From Lama guanicoe (taxonomy: Eukaryota): a stretch of 64,000 bases of DNA. Made by a program: the position numbers and the translations under genes. The notes beneath the pieces are model-generated. The model was not told where the DNA came from, searched no databases, and saw only the letters and a program-made list of their open reading frames with translations. Positions 50,947 through 64,000 of this stretch are shown here, one piece after another. The stretch is taken from assembly GCA_013239625.1 (NCBI GenBank), contig MU053559.1, positions 3,226,607-3,290,606 of the forward strand, in the 5' to 3' direction. Each line of letters begins with the position of its first letter. The first letter of the stretch is position 1.

Positions 50947-51608
50947 GTAAGAGACGTCACCTTTTGTAGCAATTTCCTCAGAACAGTTAACTGTCTCTTC
51001 ATGTTGAAAGTTAGGGACTGTGATCTGATTTTTATAGCCTAGATGATCTAAGATAGTGGCTTTCATTTTTTATTTTAACCACTAAAGTTCATTTTACAAA
51101 GATCTCTTAAATGGGAGCCCAGACATATAAAATGATAAAAGAGGAACAGTTTTGGTTGGCTCAGAACTGGGGGGCTTGGGATACCTCCTTATGACACTAT
51201 CCCCACTTCCTCTGTGGCCTCCAAGGCACCTCTGTGGAATCCAAGGGCTGCAAAATCATGGTCCAGCTACCGCCAGTTCCACTCACAGCCAGCAAGACAA
51301 GAAGAAATCTGTTTTCTTGAGAGTACCACTTACACAATTTTTGTTTAGTTCTTAAGACAAGAATCCCAGATTAACAAATTTAATCTTCAGAGTCTATTTC
51401 CCTCTGGCTTTTCTGTCTGTTGAGGCTGCCAAGGTTCCAGCTCCCAGTCCCAGGGAGTGCCCCTGTGCAGTGCACTGATATGGTGGCCATGGCTGAAGAG
51501 AGCCATTGATTTTGACTTACAAATGATGGAGCTGTAGGGCTCTGTTCTTTGTCCCAGCATGTTTAAAACTTTTATCTGTGCTGAAGACACACGTTTGGGA
51601 AGAATAAT

Positions 51609-51807
51609 CAGAGGTATGCTGTTTAACTGGCTCTCTTAAAAAATTTTAAAAGCCCTGTCTTGTACCATTTGTCAATTTCTGTGATGTAAATACCGAAACC
51701 GTGGCCAATTTCAAGCAACCAACAGTTTAACAACTGACTTGCAAAAATCCCTGAAAATTTAACAGTCAGCCCTTACAGGCTGGTATGAGCCGGTCAGTGC
51801 ACCAATG
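51609..51807. mobile_element. MER63-like hAT relic
   Basis: 'cagaggtatgctg...tttaacaactgacttgcaaaa...gtatgagccggtcagtgcaccaatg'. Confidence 0.55.
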
Positions 51808-52089
51808 AATAATGAATAATTTGTGTAACTAAGGCTCCACAGTGATTTGAATAATGGATCAAATCTTAAAATATGAAATCAGATAAGGACGAATAAAAAA
51901 GTCACGCTCCTAAAGGTCAAGAAAAATCAACTCTGTGCATTTAGAATGGGGACGATGCGGCTAAACACATTGCAGCATTCGTAAAACAGAACGGGTGATG
52001 GCAGTCAGCTACAGGCTTGCTAGTAGTAATAGCAGTCCCGATGGAGTACCTACTGTTATCCTTCTCAGACCTTTATGAGGTTAAGTTTT

Positions 52090-52450
52090 GTGTTAGTCCA
52101 GGTCCTCCAAGAGGCAAACCCCACGATGAGATTAAATATGCAAGAGATTTATTAGGGGAAATGCTGGTGAGGGAAAACATGGCAGGAGCCAGAAGAGGCC
52201 AAGAGAGTCGGCAGACAGCGGTACATGTGGGACTCCTCTAAAGACAGAGGAAAGGACAAAAGGGGAAGGTCTTAGACTGCAGTGAACCTCTAAGAAAGCT
52301 TTGGCAAGGCTGACTGGGAGTCCTGGAGCCAAAGTCACCATGGGCCTGCCTTGGTATCCCTGCCTTGCTCAGTCACGCGTTGGCAGCCGCCTGTGAAAAG
52401 CGTGACCTCAGCACAAATCTGGCGATAGAATTCAGAACCTAACAATCAAC
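52090..52450. mobile_element. MLT1 (MaLR) LTR relic
   Basis: 'tgtgttagtccaggtcctccaagaggca...agagatttattaggggaaatgc'. Confidence 0.7.
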
Positions 52451-53383
52451 TATGTTCCCCACAGCAGACACTCTAAGAAGCACATCTTCATGGCCCCCCC
52501 ACAAATATTATCCCCATTTACCAGTGAGAATGCAGAGAGGTTCAGAGAGATGAAATAACTCCCAAAGAGCATCCAGCAAGCAAGCGACACAGCCAGGATG
52601 GACTCCAGTTCAATTTGGCTACCAGGTCTCTGTCTTTCCAGCACTGCTGGTTTCTGAACGTGGTAGGAGTGTGATGAAGCTGATCCCGAATGCTTATCTG
52701 ACCTCAGGTTGTATTCATAGGTTTGAAGATTTCAGTTCAGTATCAGTTGGAAGATACTGGACTCCCGTGTTCAACTCTGCTCACTGCTTTCCAGGAGGTC
52801 AAAAACCAAATAATGCCCAGAAAAGAGCAGATAAAATGGTGAGAATTCTGGAGAGTAAGAAAAATGAGGCATTGCTCAAAGAAGCAAAGAGATTTTACCT
52901 GTAGAAAAAAAGAGAGGAACTCCCACAGTTATCTTCAAACAATTAAGTAAGGTCCTTTCCAGAAATGGGGCATCTTACATTTTATCCGTGTGTCAAATAG
53001 GTGGAAATCAGCCCAGGTGAGAAATTTTCTACCTGGTACAGTTCGGACACGCCCTAAAGCTGTTCCTGATGTCCCAATTCCCAGGATGCTGCTGGATGTA
53101 TCGCCAGTACTTGCTAAGTGTTTATTTAAGTGTTGGGATTGGGAAGGGAGTAGAGCGAGGAAAGGAGAGACTGGAATGGCACACCGCTTTTTTTCTTTAT
53201 GCACTCACCTAGGAAGTCACATTTCTTTACCCACTGCCTCACTCTTCCCTTAAGTACTGTAGGCAGTGTGAGTTCATAGCTAAGTTGTATGGTCTGTGTT
53301 TGAGCCTGAAGTCACTCTGAAGGCAAGTTGTCTGAGTCTTTGGAGAACAGAGTCGACTCATTAATTTGTCTCTTTTCCTATAG

Positions 53384-53580
53384 GGTTTACGGGTGGGATG
53401 TTCTTGAAAAGAAGTCGTGTTAAGAAGCCTGGACAAGAAGTCTTTAAAAGTGAACTGTCGGAATACATCAAGGCTGAGGAGTTGTATATTGGAGCCAAAG
53501 TGAACGTGAATGGCTACCTGTTTCTTTTGCTCAATGCCGATGAGTACACCTTAAAGTACATGGAGAAGAATTCGGATAAG
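53384..53580 (+). CDS. EFHC2: EFHC2 coding exon (~exon 10), 197 bp
   Basis: ctatag|GG TTT...GAT AAG|gtgaac; (G)FTGGMFLKRSRVKKPGQEVFKSELSEYIKAEELYIGAKVNVNGYLFLLLNADEYTLKYMEKNSDK; phase 1->0. Confidence 0.96.
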
Positions 53581-54471
53581 GTGAACTCACTTTGTATAAT
53601 TAATTCTTGACTTGCCTCTCTGCAGTCTGTGTTTTTCTTGCTCTAGGCCTTTTCTTCTTCCTCTTGCCTCCAGTTTTACATTTACATTGTGCATTCACAC
53701 ATGTGGGTATGAATAATGGATCCGCACGACTTGGCCACAGGTCCTGCGTCCCAGAGGCCAGGGCCCGGTCTACTCTGTTTACGTGCTGGGTTCTCCGCCG
53801 CCCAGCATCACGGATGCCAGGCACAGGCAGGAGGCAGGCCTAGGGTTGAATCAAGTTTCCTGGGTTTTCTGCTGACGCTGACAATGTTTTCAGAAAGAAA
53901 TTCAGCAACTATCGGAAAGGAAGACAATCTGGTGCCACACACTGTGCCATCCCAGTTAATTGGCACAGGCCTGCCGAGAAGGCCAAGACCTGAACAAACA
54001 GAAACCCCAAGGGAACCTGATAGTTGCTGGGGTTGCAACTTCGCATAACAGGAGCCACCTGAGGCCTAAATGAGACTTCAAGGACAAATTGGCAACAGTG
54101 AGCTCAAAGAGTGTTTTCATTTGAAATAAGATGGCAGATGGGTACTGTTACTAAGAAGACTGTTATAGCAGTGCTGTTCAGTAAAAATAACACGTGGACA
54201 GTCTTGATTCTAAGTGGACTAGTTCGGTGTGCAGACGTGTATATTACAGAACCATTGCCTAATACTGAAAAATCTATCTAGAAACAATTTTAAAAGTCTG
54301 CTTGTAAATATTTATGTGTCAATTATCTATCTGTCTATCTAATCTAATCTAATCTATCTATCTGTCTGTCTATATACACATACACATACACAGTGCTAAT
54401 TCCATTTCATTTATATATAAAATGCTCAGGGGTGAGTTGCTAAGATAAGTCTCTCTGTATATCACATTACC

Positions 54472-54880
54472 CGTTCCAGTTTGGGTCCTCTGAGAAGCAG
54501 CTACCAAGACACAATTAGACACGCAGGAGATGTATTGGGGGAAATGTGAATGAAGGATAAAGGGAGAGGGAGCAGGAGCGGGTGAGGAGACTGAGATGGA
54601 GGTCTGACCCCTGAGAAAGGAGATGGAAGGAAGGAGGGCAGGATGGGAAGACAGACTGTAGCAGAGAAGTCTCAGGTCAGGCAGGAGGGGCCCAGTTCCA
54701 GTGCCACCTCCATGCTCAGTAATTGGATGGGAACAGTCTGGGGTGAGTATGTCCCCTGGAGGATCTCTGAAATTCAGCTGCAGTGATCCCGAAGGTACGG
54801 CAGCTGGGGGCTGTCAGCTAACAGCGCTCCTCTCTGGTCTCTCTCGATGGCAGCCCTGGGCACCCTCTGGGGCCACCACA
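54472..54880. mobile_element. MLT1 (MaLR) LTR relic
   Basis: 'gtttgggtcctctgagaagcag...gatgtattgggggaaatg...cagctgggggctgtcagct'. Confidence 0.7.
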
Positions 54881-55281
54881 CCATCTCTCCATTTAGCAGC
54901 GTTAGGAACTTGGGTTAGCGTAAAACCATGACCTGGGAGCTCTTCAAAAGCACTGAATTCAGGTGAGAGGCTCCATAATAGGGCAGTTAGATTTCTGGAG
55001 ACCAGTAAGCTTGGCTAGGAAACCGGACTTCTTATGAGCTGAGGAGCCTTAGTCACGTTTCTTCCCTGAGCTTCACTTTCCTCTTCCTTAAAATGGAAGT
55101 AACAACAGTGCCTATTTCAGAGAGTTGCTATGAAGACTTGGTGCGATTATGTGCTAAGTGCTTAGCTCTGTGTGACCCATAGCAAACCCAGTCAGTGTAT
55201 GATTTACAATAGCTATTATAAATTAGAGCTCCATTTTCAAACACAGGGCAAACCTGTACTTTAACAGAAAATGTATATATG

Positions 55282-55284
<3 letters not shown>

Positions 55285-55316
<32 letters not shown>

Positions 55317-55320
55317 CACA
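55285..55320. repeat. (CA)n microsatellite
   Basis: Direct repeat array. Confidence 0.95.
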
Positions 55321-56200
55321 AAGGGCTTTTCTCCTTTCAGGAAGATAAAAGCAGGGTAGGACGTTATCTGGTATCAGCATCCCAAGTGAAAACTGCATTA
55401 TTTTAAAACCACCCTTAGCAAGGGCACTCTAAGCAGAGAAAGGTTAGTATCAGTCTGAGGAGTCTTTTCAAAAGACCTACGAGATCCTATCATGGAAATA
55501 GATGAAAGGAAATGCAAAAAAGGGAGGGAATGGGGGGCTGCAATAGGTACCAAACCCCCTGGTGGAAGACAGGGAGCTTTATGCTAAGTTACCCTCAATG
55601 TTTTTATTTTCCTATTTAGTCTTCTCCTTTGTTAGCTCTTTGCTGTAATTATTTACAGCCTTATGCTTTACTGGATTGAATAAGTTTTCTTATAGAGTCA
55701 AAAACCAAATCACAGTGAAGGACAGAGGAACTAGAGGCTGCCTGGAGGGTTGCATTAAGGGGCCTGCAGTGTGTATAAGACCTTTGACACCCAGCCTTGC
55801 TCTGTTCGGTGCATCGCCTGGTGGCCAGCAGTTCCAGTGGGCTCATTCTAAAGAGCTAGAGAAAATGGGGGTCTCATTATTCAACTTTGAGTCCCCATTC
55901 TCTCCATTAGGGTTTCCCAACATATAGGGGTTAAAGGGAGGAGGCTGAGGTGGAAACAGGGAGTTCTTTTCTGATTAGTGTGGCTCGTTGTCCCTTGGAT
56001 CTGGTTCTGTGCTAATGTCACTCATTGTCCTAAAGCCTTAGCTGAAGACATGCAAACCTAGTCATGTCTTCTCTGTGTTGGTCTCTATGGAAAGATAGAC
56101 CCAGCCAAGTTCAGGTTCACAGTGTGAGGTTGCTTTGCTGGCCGTCAGAAAGATTGGGCTCCCTATCTTAAGTATCTTTCCTTTCTTTTCCCCCTTCTAG

Positions 56201-56331
56201 TTTCCTTTCAGCAACATTGAACTTGCCCTACAAAAAGTAAAAGAAGAAGAATCAAAATCCAGAGAGCTCAAGCAGGTATTTGCAGCTGCGGATTGTATGC
56301 ACACGAAGATGGTAGATTATAATATATTCAG
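56201..56331 (+). CDS. EFHC2: EFHC2 coding exon (~exon 11; start of EF-hand region), 131 bp
   Basis: ttctag|TTT CCT...TTC AG|gtaagc; FPFSNIELALQKVKEEESKSRELKQVFAAADCMHTKMVDYNIF(R); phase 0->2. Confidence 0.95.
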
Positions 56332-57879
56332 GTAAGCCATATTCTGCTAGCAGTAATCTCTCTTTGCGAGGTTGTCCAAAGAGCAGAAAGAATGATTTCT
56401 TCCCCAGCGTTTCTTAATGGATTTACTACAGACTTTGTATTAGAAATTGGCATTTCTCTGCATTCGTATTACTTTATGGTCAGCTTTTGCCCGTGTCTTG
56501 TAAATTGTATACATTTGCATATAAAAGAAGTTCATAGGGGAGAACAGAGAGACACACATTGTGCTGTGAATCATTGTGTTGTGAATCACGCATTGGTGTT
56601 AAGGATCATGGGAATGTCTGAAAGGGTGCATCCGGGTGACAAAGGCTGAAAACAGTGCAGCTAAGAGCATCCTTCTGAAATCAGAGGAACAAAGGACGGA
56701 CATCTTCCTAGGAATGGGATCCAGTTGGAAAAGACAGTGGGAAGTTCACCGGTTATCAGAGAAAAGGTGATACACATGCATCTCTGTGTATATGCGCTCA
56801 CACACATCTGTGTATTTTGAAAGACAAAAAAAATGTAGAAATCAAGGGGAAAATATATAACCGTAGATAGAGAAAATCATTATTCATGATTTCTTATAAT
56901 ATTTCTAAGACTAAGCTGAACTCTAGGACTGCCCAGTGACTGACCGAGGCAAATTTCCAAACAGCGGAAACACAGGGAAATTCAAATTCAGGCTCTGGTA
57001 CAATTGTGAGACTTCTTAGCCTGAAAACAAAGTGAATGGAGCGTTCAGGAGAATGTAAATTAAATCATGGATGGAGGACAAAGAGGACTTTCTCTTTAGG
57101 CTGAGAATTCTGGCTCCTGAAAGCAATAGCAGCTGAAAGCTATATAGGAAACTCGGCTTGATGCAGTCAAGATGTGGCTGAGAAATGAAGACATGAGCCC
57201 AGGAGAGGGTGAGGGGAGGTCTGACTTTGTGGCTGAAGTTGCCTACTGCATCAGTACCTGGTGACCTGAGCCCACCACTAGGCCCGGAGTGTCCCCAAAG
57301 CTCATTTGTTGTTTGAACAAAGCTCTTTTGTGTCTCCAGAATGCTCTTTTGAGGGCAGCACTCAGAGGACATATTTTTATTGTTTCGAATGCCCAAGCTT
57401 CTGGGATCAATAAGAATTTATGGTTCTTTGTTAGTGTTCAGAGTAGTATACATGTTCACGGCCGTTTGGAAAACAAATGGAGGCAGGGTAAAGAGCAAAG
57501 ACAATTGCTCAGGCCGTGGGCTAGTGGAGAGCTGTGGAGGAGAAAAGACACTTCCATCAGAAGTGGGGGAGTGGTTTCGTTTTATTAATTTGTGTTCTTT
57601 TACAAAAGCGTCCGTTCTCCCAGTACTCTCGCAAAGTCTATTGGAAACACTTTAGTGAATTAGTGGGGCTTTGGGGGAAGCACTTAGGCCAGGCAGGAGA
57701 TCCAAGGAGGAAGGATTGCTCTACGGCTGGAAGCCTGACCCTAGTCACAGGCGGAATAAAGGCCGGCCACACCGTGTGATTGGAAGGCGACCGGATGCTC
57801 AGAAAGAACCAGCTCCTGATAATTGGGCCCTCTCTTGGTCAGAAATTCTTTATGGTGGAAATCAGATCAGGCTGTACCC

Positions 57880-58410
57880 AGCTTGAAAAAGCCTTCAGTG
57901 GCTGGCCATTGTTCTTACAATAAGATCCAAACATGTCATTGCAGCCTTGAGGGCCGTGGCTCTGTATTTCCAGTGGTATCCCTTTTCCTGCAGCCCTGTC
58001 CTCTGACCTTACTGGCTGTCACTCAGTTTCTCAAACACATCCAGCTCTTCCCCTCCTCCGAGCCTGTGCACACGCAGTTCTGTCTGCTCGGAGAGCCCAC
58101 ACCACCATCTGTCTCAGGGCAAACTCCGGGACTCACTGTAAATGCCAGTCCCTCAGAGGGCCTTTCTGACTGTTCTCCCTAAAGTAGACCACTCAGCCCC
58201 TTGTTTATATTTGTCACAGCCCTAGCACAACTTGCAGTTACTTTGTTTAGATACCTGGACTTGGCATGTGTGTGCTTGGGTGTGTCTTCTGCTGTTAGAA
58301 TGTGAGCTTTCTGAGGGGCAGGGACCTCCATGGCCCAGCTCACTGCCCTCAACCTGGCATCTAGCGCCGGGCTCACTACGTATCTCAGCTCCTGAATGGA
58401 ATGATGAGAT
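57880..58410 (+). mobile_element. L2 fragment
   Basis: 'aaaagccttcagtggct...tagaatgtgagctttctgaggggcaggga...gaatggaatga'. Confidence 0.65.
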
Positions 58411-58701
58411 GTGAGAATGCTTCTTGGGGGTTCTGGTTTGGAGGTGGTGACCTTCTCTCCAGATGAGAGTGTAGAGCAGGAGTCAGGATGCCCCAATGCA
58501 TGTGATACGCCCAGTGTCGGGCACTGGGCCTCTGTGCTTGGCCCACAGCTGTGGGTCCCTAGCTCTGGTCTTCAGCTTTCTTTTTCGTGCCTTACACTCT
58601 TTCCTGGGCAGAGGCAAAGGAACTACATAGCCAGTTGCTGTCACACCACATCCTAATTTAAATCTGTGCTTGGAGCCTTTACTAGCTCATATTTGTCTTT
58701 T

Positions 58702-58730
58702 TTATTTTTTTCATTGACGTATAGTCAGTT
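58702..58730 (-). mobile_element. 29-bp ultra-truncated L1 insertion
   Basis: T-tract plus cattgacgtatagtcagtt, flanked by perfect 15-bp TSD tcatatttgtctttt. Confidence 0.85.
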
Positions 58731-61700
58731 TCATATTTGTCTTTTATTTCTGTGTGTATGTTCTGATGCTTCTCACCAGAACCTCACCTCTCTGAGGGCA
58801 GGGACCTTCTCTTCCTCGTTTCCTGCTTTTTAGCCTTACCACTTTTCACAGTGCCTGGCAGATAGGAGGGTGTTAATAAATATTTGTTGAGTGGCTGCAT
58901 TTTATCCAGCCCTCAGTGCTTTGGCTGTCAGCTGACAGCTGAGTTCTCCATTCAGCTCCTCAGGCTCAGACCTTTTTCCTGAAGCATAGATCTGGAAATA
59001 CACATGCCTCCGGGACATCTCCCTTTGGATGTCCCTTAGACTTCTGGGCATCCCATAATTATGTTCCCTAAATTGACCTCATTTTCTTCCCCCATAAAGT
59101 TGCAGCCGGGGACCCTATCTTGGTAAAGGCCACTGTACTTGTCCCCAGGGCCTGGGCCAGGGTCTGCCTTTTCTTTCCCCTCTCTTGACCTCTCCCAACC
59201 TCTGAAAATTGCACTTTTTAAACTCCCTCTCTTCATCCCCAGCTTCACTGTTGCCATTCAACTTTTCTTCTGTTCCCTTGGACTCTCTTGAGAGCTGCAT
59301 AACTCATCTCCTTTTCTTACTTCTCATCCTCCAAAGCTGTGCCAGAGTGACCTTCCCAAAATCTGATCATGTCATTCCTGTGCTCTAGGACAGCTCCCAA
59401 CCATTCAGTGTTTTGTGTGAGTTTGGTCATGATCTGACCCTTGCCTGCATCTCTTGCCTTCTTCCCATCTCACTGAAAGAATTGTAAAAGTGCCCGTTTA
59501 TCGAGTACTTCCTATGTGCCATACATCGTGCTAAATGCTTTTCACATATTACCCACTGGTAGCCCCTGTTGAGTTATTTGTTTACTTCCCTGTCTCCACA
59601 GTTGGCGCCTGCCAAGTACAATAGATGTTTGTTGAATAATTTAATGAATGATCCTATTTCTCAAGGAACATTCTGTCTAAAGTTTGCAGCAAACAAGTAA
59701 ATAATTGATTACCTTGCACTGGGGAAGGGTGATCAGTCTCTGACTATAGGGGAGTCAGGGAGAGCTTGACCCTTGCAAGTCAGATGACTCAGGCAACTCA
59801 CTTCCCCTACCTGCACCTCACTCTTTTGCCCGTATAATGGTCTCTAAGGCCCCTTCCAGGCGCTGACATTCTGAAACTCTTAAAATGTAGGTTTAGAAAT
59901 ACACTTGTAAAATGTTCCCTTTTTAAATGTGTGCATTGAAATAGTAGAGTGGGCAGGCAGGGGCAGGACTGCAGTGCAGGCCTCAGGGCTTCACCAGTGT
60001 GCTCCTGGTTCTCCCCCCGGCTCACATGCCTGGCACTCTCGGTACGTACCAGGGGACCCATGGCCCGGGCTTGCTGCTCTGGGCAATGGTCCAAGCCCTG
60101 GGCATTTCCTTTCTTCTCAGAGATGTGTAACTCTTCTCAGGGAAACCCTGCGGATGGGAGCTAATAAACTGTCTCTACGTAAGATGCCACGGTTGATAAT
60201 GGATAAATGATTAACTTGTGGGCCTTCCTGAGATATTTGCCTCAAAATTGACCTGAAGGAGTGCAGGGGCAAGTGGAACCAGAAGGCAATTTGATGAGAC
60301 AGGGTTTCTCTCCTGCCTTGTGGGGGTCACTGGTTCTGCCTCTAGGCTGGACCTATTTCTCTGGGACCCTTTCGTCATGGTCTGTCACATTGGCCTAAGA
60401 GAGCTGTTGGTTGTTATTGAAGTCAGTGCAGAGAGCCTTTCTCAGAGCCTCGATACCTAATGGGCAGATTTCAGCAGGGAACCAGCCAGGGGCTAGGTTA
60501 GCAGGGCTAGTGTTTTGGGCAGTTTGGAACGTGGGCAAGGCAAGTCTTCCTGATGTGGGCCCTGGACTCTGAACCACAGCTGACAGCAGCAGTGAGAGCC
60601 GCATGCCAGGGAAGACGTGGCCAGTCCCTCCCTCTGGTCACCTTCCCATCAGAGATGACACCTGCCCCGTGTAGCCTGCATGTATTTTGGTCTTCTGTGT
60701 TCACCTCTCTTTCCCACCTGAGTACAACCTTAGAGAGTAGGGCCCATGCCTGGTTCACCCTTGGGTCTTTCCCAGATACCTCCAGCACCCAGTGGCTCAG
60801 GCCTCAGTGAATGCAGGGAATTATTACACAGTTCTTCTTCAGACCCCCATTAGCAATTTCAGGGTCAGGAGATTTCCTGTGAGCATCCATGTAACACATT
60901 CCTTCTAAGATTTAGAGCCTTGAGGAAATAATGCTTTTTTATAAAATTCAAATTCTTCCTGAGAGAGGTAGTATATAATGCAGTAAATAGATCTGATTTT
61001 AGACTTGTAGACTTGCATCCAAATCTCAGCTCTGGCATTTGTCAGTTTGATGGCCTTGAGTAAGTTGCCGAGCAGTGTTTTCACCTGCAAAATGGGAATG
61101 CTAATAATACCTACTGTGTAGAGCTGTTGTGATGAATAAATCTGATGATGCGTGTAAAGTTCTTATTGAAGCACACTATAGTGCAGAGTGGACACTAGAA
61201 AATGAAAACCCATTATCCCAACAGTTGGAATAGTTCGAAAAAGTCACCAAAAATAGTGGTAGGAATCTATGTCCTGTTTTTGGTATTTCAGCAAGTTGTG
61301 TGTTTACTCTTGATGAAATCATTGAAAATATTCTTTTACTAAATGAGGTTGGAAGAAACCCTTTAAAAACTTGGAGTCCATGAAGGTGGAAAATAAACAT
61401 CGTTTCTGGTGGACCAAGGTTGGGAAACAGTTATACAATCCACTCCATTACTGTCTTTACTTTAAGGAAGAAGACTGTAAATTTAGTGCTTAGGACATTG
61501 TAATGATCTCATCCTGATTTATCTCAGACAATTATCTCTCCTTTTACGTGGTTTTGCTCTGTCTTGTTTTGGACAACTCTGTGTACATTGTTTTTGGTGT
61601 TTTTATTGTAAGTCTGATATCTTTTAAAGAAACCACGAGTCTATGAATGTATATGAACAGAAGCAAAAACAAATTCCAAAAGCACTCAAACATGTACTCT

Positions 61701-63109
61701 CATCATGAACCAGACAGACACGTTGACAGTGTCCATACCGTATCTTTGAGATGCGAGCCTCAGCATCTGTTTTGGAAAACAGCATTTGAACGTTCCTAAA
61801 ACCATTAAATATAAATAATGCGATGTCATAGGAAAAGTGCTGGCCTGGGAATCAAAAAGACCGAGATCTTTGATTTGATTCTGTCACTGCTTGATAGTGT
61901 TGTTTGCATTGGTGAGGGCTTAGTTTTAAAGAGCAGAATCCTCTCTGGCTAGTTAAGCAGAAAAGGAATTTATTAAAAGGATCCTGGGTGGTTCACAGTA
62001 TCCTTGGAAGGGCTGGAGAAACAAGCTTGAGGCTAAATTCTAGGAGCAGTGCCCAGAACTGGGCTGTAGAACTTGTTTGATGAGAAAATGGCCTCTGTTA
62101 AACTACTGCATCGCCCACACTCGCTGCATGTGCACTGCTGCCAAGAACGTGATTTTTTTCCACCACCACCGCTACCACCCTTTTGGCAACCTTGTATCCT
62201 GTGCTACCCCTGAAAGCTGGCCCCGTCTGACACCAAATGTGGCCTACACCTAGCTGGTTTTTTCTTGTCAATCCCTTCCAAGTCAAAGTCTCATGTAAGC
62301 TTCCCTGACTGGCAGAGCCTGGGTCTTCTGCATGTTTCTGACTGCAAAGAAGGCTGGGAAATTGAGCTCTGACTTCCATGTTGGGGTGAGGGAGAATATA
62401 ATGTGGTAACTTCCTCAGATAGAGATGGCTGAGTTAAAAGGTACCATTTCACTTGCCGTGACAACAAATGGAAGCCAAGATGAGCCAAACAGGGGGCATA
62501 AAATGTCAACATCAGGGACTAAACTCCTTGTTTGTAACCAAACCAAGCAAAACCACTTGCCTAGTTTTAGTACTTTACAAATACTGTTCTGATCCACCCA
62601 AGCAGCTAAACAAAATACAAAGTCCTCCTCTGTATGCCACTACTTTTGCAATCGCTAAACTTTCTGAGTTTAAATTGCCTTAAATGAGGCATTGGATGAG
62701 CTTCAAGTTCATGGATTGATAGCTGGCAATTGGAGTTTGTTTGGCTTTTGTTTAGTGTTTTTAAAATTAGGAGTTTAAACGTACAAATCTTTCTGATTCC
62801 TCTTGAAAAATAGAAACTGGGCCTACATTTCCCCAAGTCAACAATCAGTTGGGGGTGAGTGGCAGCTGCTCTCTTCACACTGTGCCTGTTCTCTGTATTT
62901 TTCCCCCAGTCTCTACAATTCCTTATTGTCTATACCTTTTCCTGTTTATCTTACCTGCATACCCAACTAGGAACTTTACCAGGTAACCCTTGGATTAGAT
63001 CATTATAAGGTCCCTTCCAGCCATAAAATCCCATTATTTGGTGTAGTGGAAATAGGCATTTAGAAATCACTGTGTAATAGCCCAAAATAGAACTGAAGGC
63101 TCATTTTTA

Positions 63110-63990
63110 AGTTAGAACCCAAATGTGATTGTGTATCTAAAAATTCAAAAGACTCATTTTAAAAATGGTTAGAATTATTAAGAATATTCTGGAAAGTAGC
63201 TAAATATAAGAAAACTACATAAAAACCAATAGTTTTACTTTATACTAGTAATAAAAGTTAGGAAATGTTATGCAGTGGGGGATACTATTCACTATAGCAA
63301 CAAAAACTATGAAATACCCGGGAATAACTTGGACAAGAAGTGTGTGAGACTAAAACGAATATAAGTTCATGACTTTATTATATCTCTGAATGGGAAGACA
63401 CTATTTAAAAAGTTCTAATCTGCCCAAATTAATCTAGATTTGAAGCAGATTATAATCAGAATTACAATGTGGGTTTTTGTTGTTGCTGTTGTTAGATTTT
63501 TTTAAATTTAATTTTATTTTTTGAGGTATAGTCAGTTTAGAATGTGTCAGTTTCTGGTGTACAGCACAGTGCTTCAATTGTACATGAATATACATATATT
63601 CATTTTCATATTCTTTTTCACCATAAGCTACTACAAGATATTGAATGTATTTCCCTGTGCTATATATAATATAAACTTGTTTATCTGTTTTCTATATAGT
63701 AGTTAGTATCTGCAAATCTCAAATTTCCAGTTTATCCCTTCCCACCCCCCTACCCCCGGCAGCCACAAGTCTGTATTCTATGTCTGTGAGTCTGTTTCTG
63801 CTCTTGTTAGATTTGGTTTTGTTTTGGAGGATTAGGGGAGAGAAATTGGCTCATTGATTGTGAGGTCCCTCAGGAAAAATCCGGGATTGAAAAAAGAGTT
63901 GAAAAGGAAGTATATTAAAGTCTAGATTCTAGAATTTATTTAATTTATAGATATTTGAAAGCACTGTAATGTACTGATAGAGGAATAAAC
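63110..63990 (+). mobile_element. Old L1 ORF2 relic (interrupted by a younger L1)
   Basis: 'tgattgtgtatctaaaaattcaaaagactc...attcactatagcaacaaaaactatgaaatacccgggaataactt' parallels the ORF2 segment seen antisense at 35400-35600. Confidence 0.7.
63500..63803 (-). mobile_element. L1 3'-end insertion (~300 bp)
   Basis: Similar to the 33670-33900 L1 3' UTR; 11-bp TSD ttgttagattt at 63489-63499 and 63804-63814. Confidence 0.88.
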
Positions 63991-64000
63991 TAAAAAATCA

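Noticed and set aside
1..64000. CRISPR arrays, rRNA, tRNA or snoRNA genes
   Set aside because: None recognisable; the sequence is mammalian intronic DNA.

Overview
Mammalian genomic DNA; the L1 3' ends look camelid-like, which is a tentative call. The + strand carries nine consecutive, phase-consistent coding exons of EFHC2 (DM10-domain/EF-hand ciliary protein, X-linked in eutherians), equivalent to about human exons 3-11, from 18463 to 56331. The first and last exons lie outside the window. The standout feature is in the large upstream intron: an intronless, antisense TATDN2 retrocopy (10098->8254) with an uninterrupted 614-codon ORF, all TatD metal ligands intact and its own CpG island (interrupted by an assembly gap). 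The parental N-terminal ~127 codons are still recognisable upstream but are frameshifted. They are bracketed by a strong ATGG|GTGAGT donor and an in-frame acceptor, which suggests that former coding sequence became an intron. The rest is intronic DNA with L1, L2, MIR, LTR and hAT relics, several with visible target-site duplications. Comparisons with human proteins and repeat family names come from recall, not from searches.
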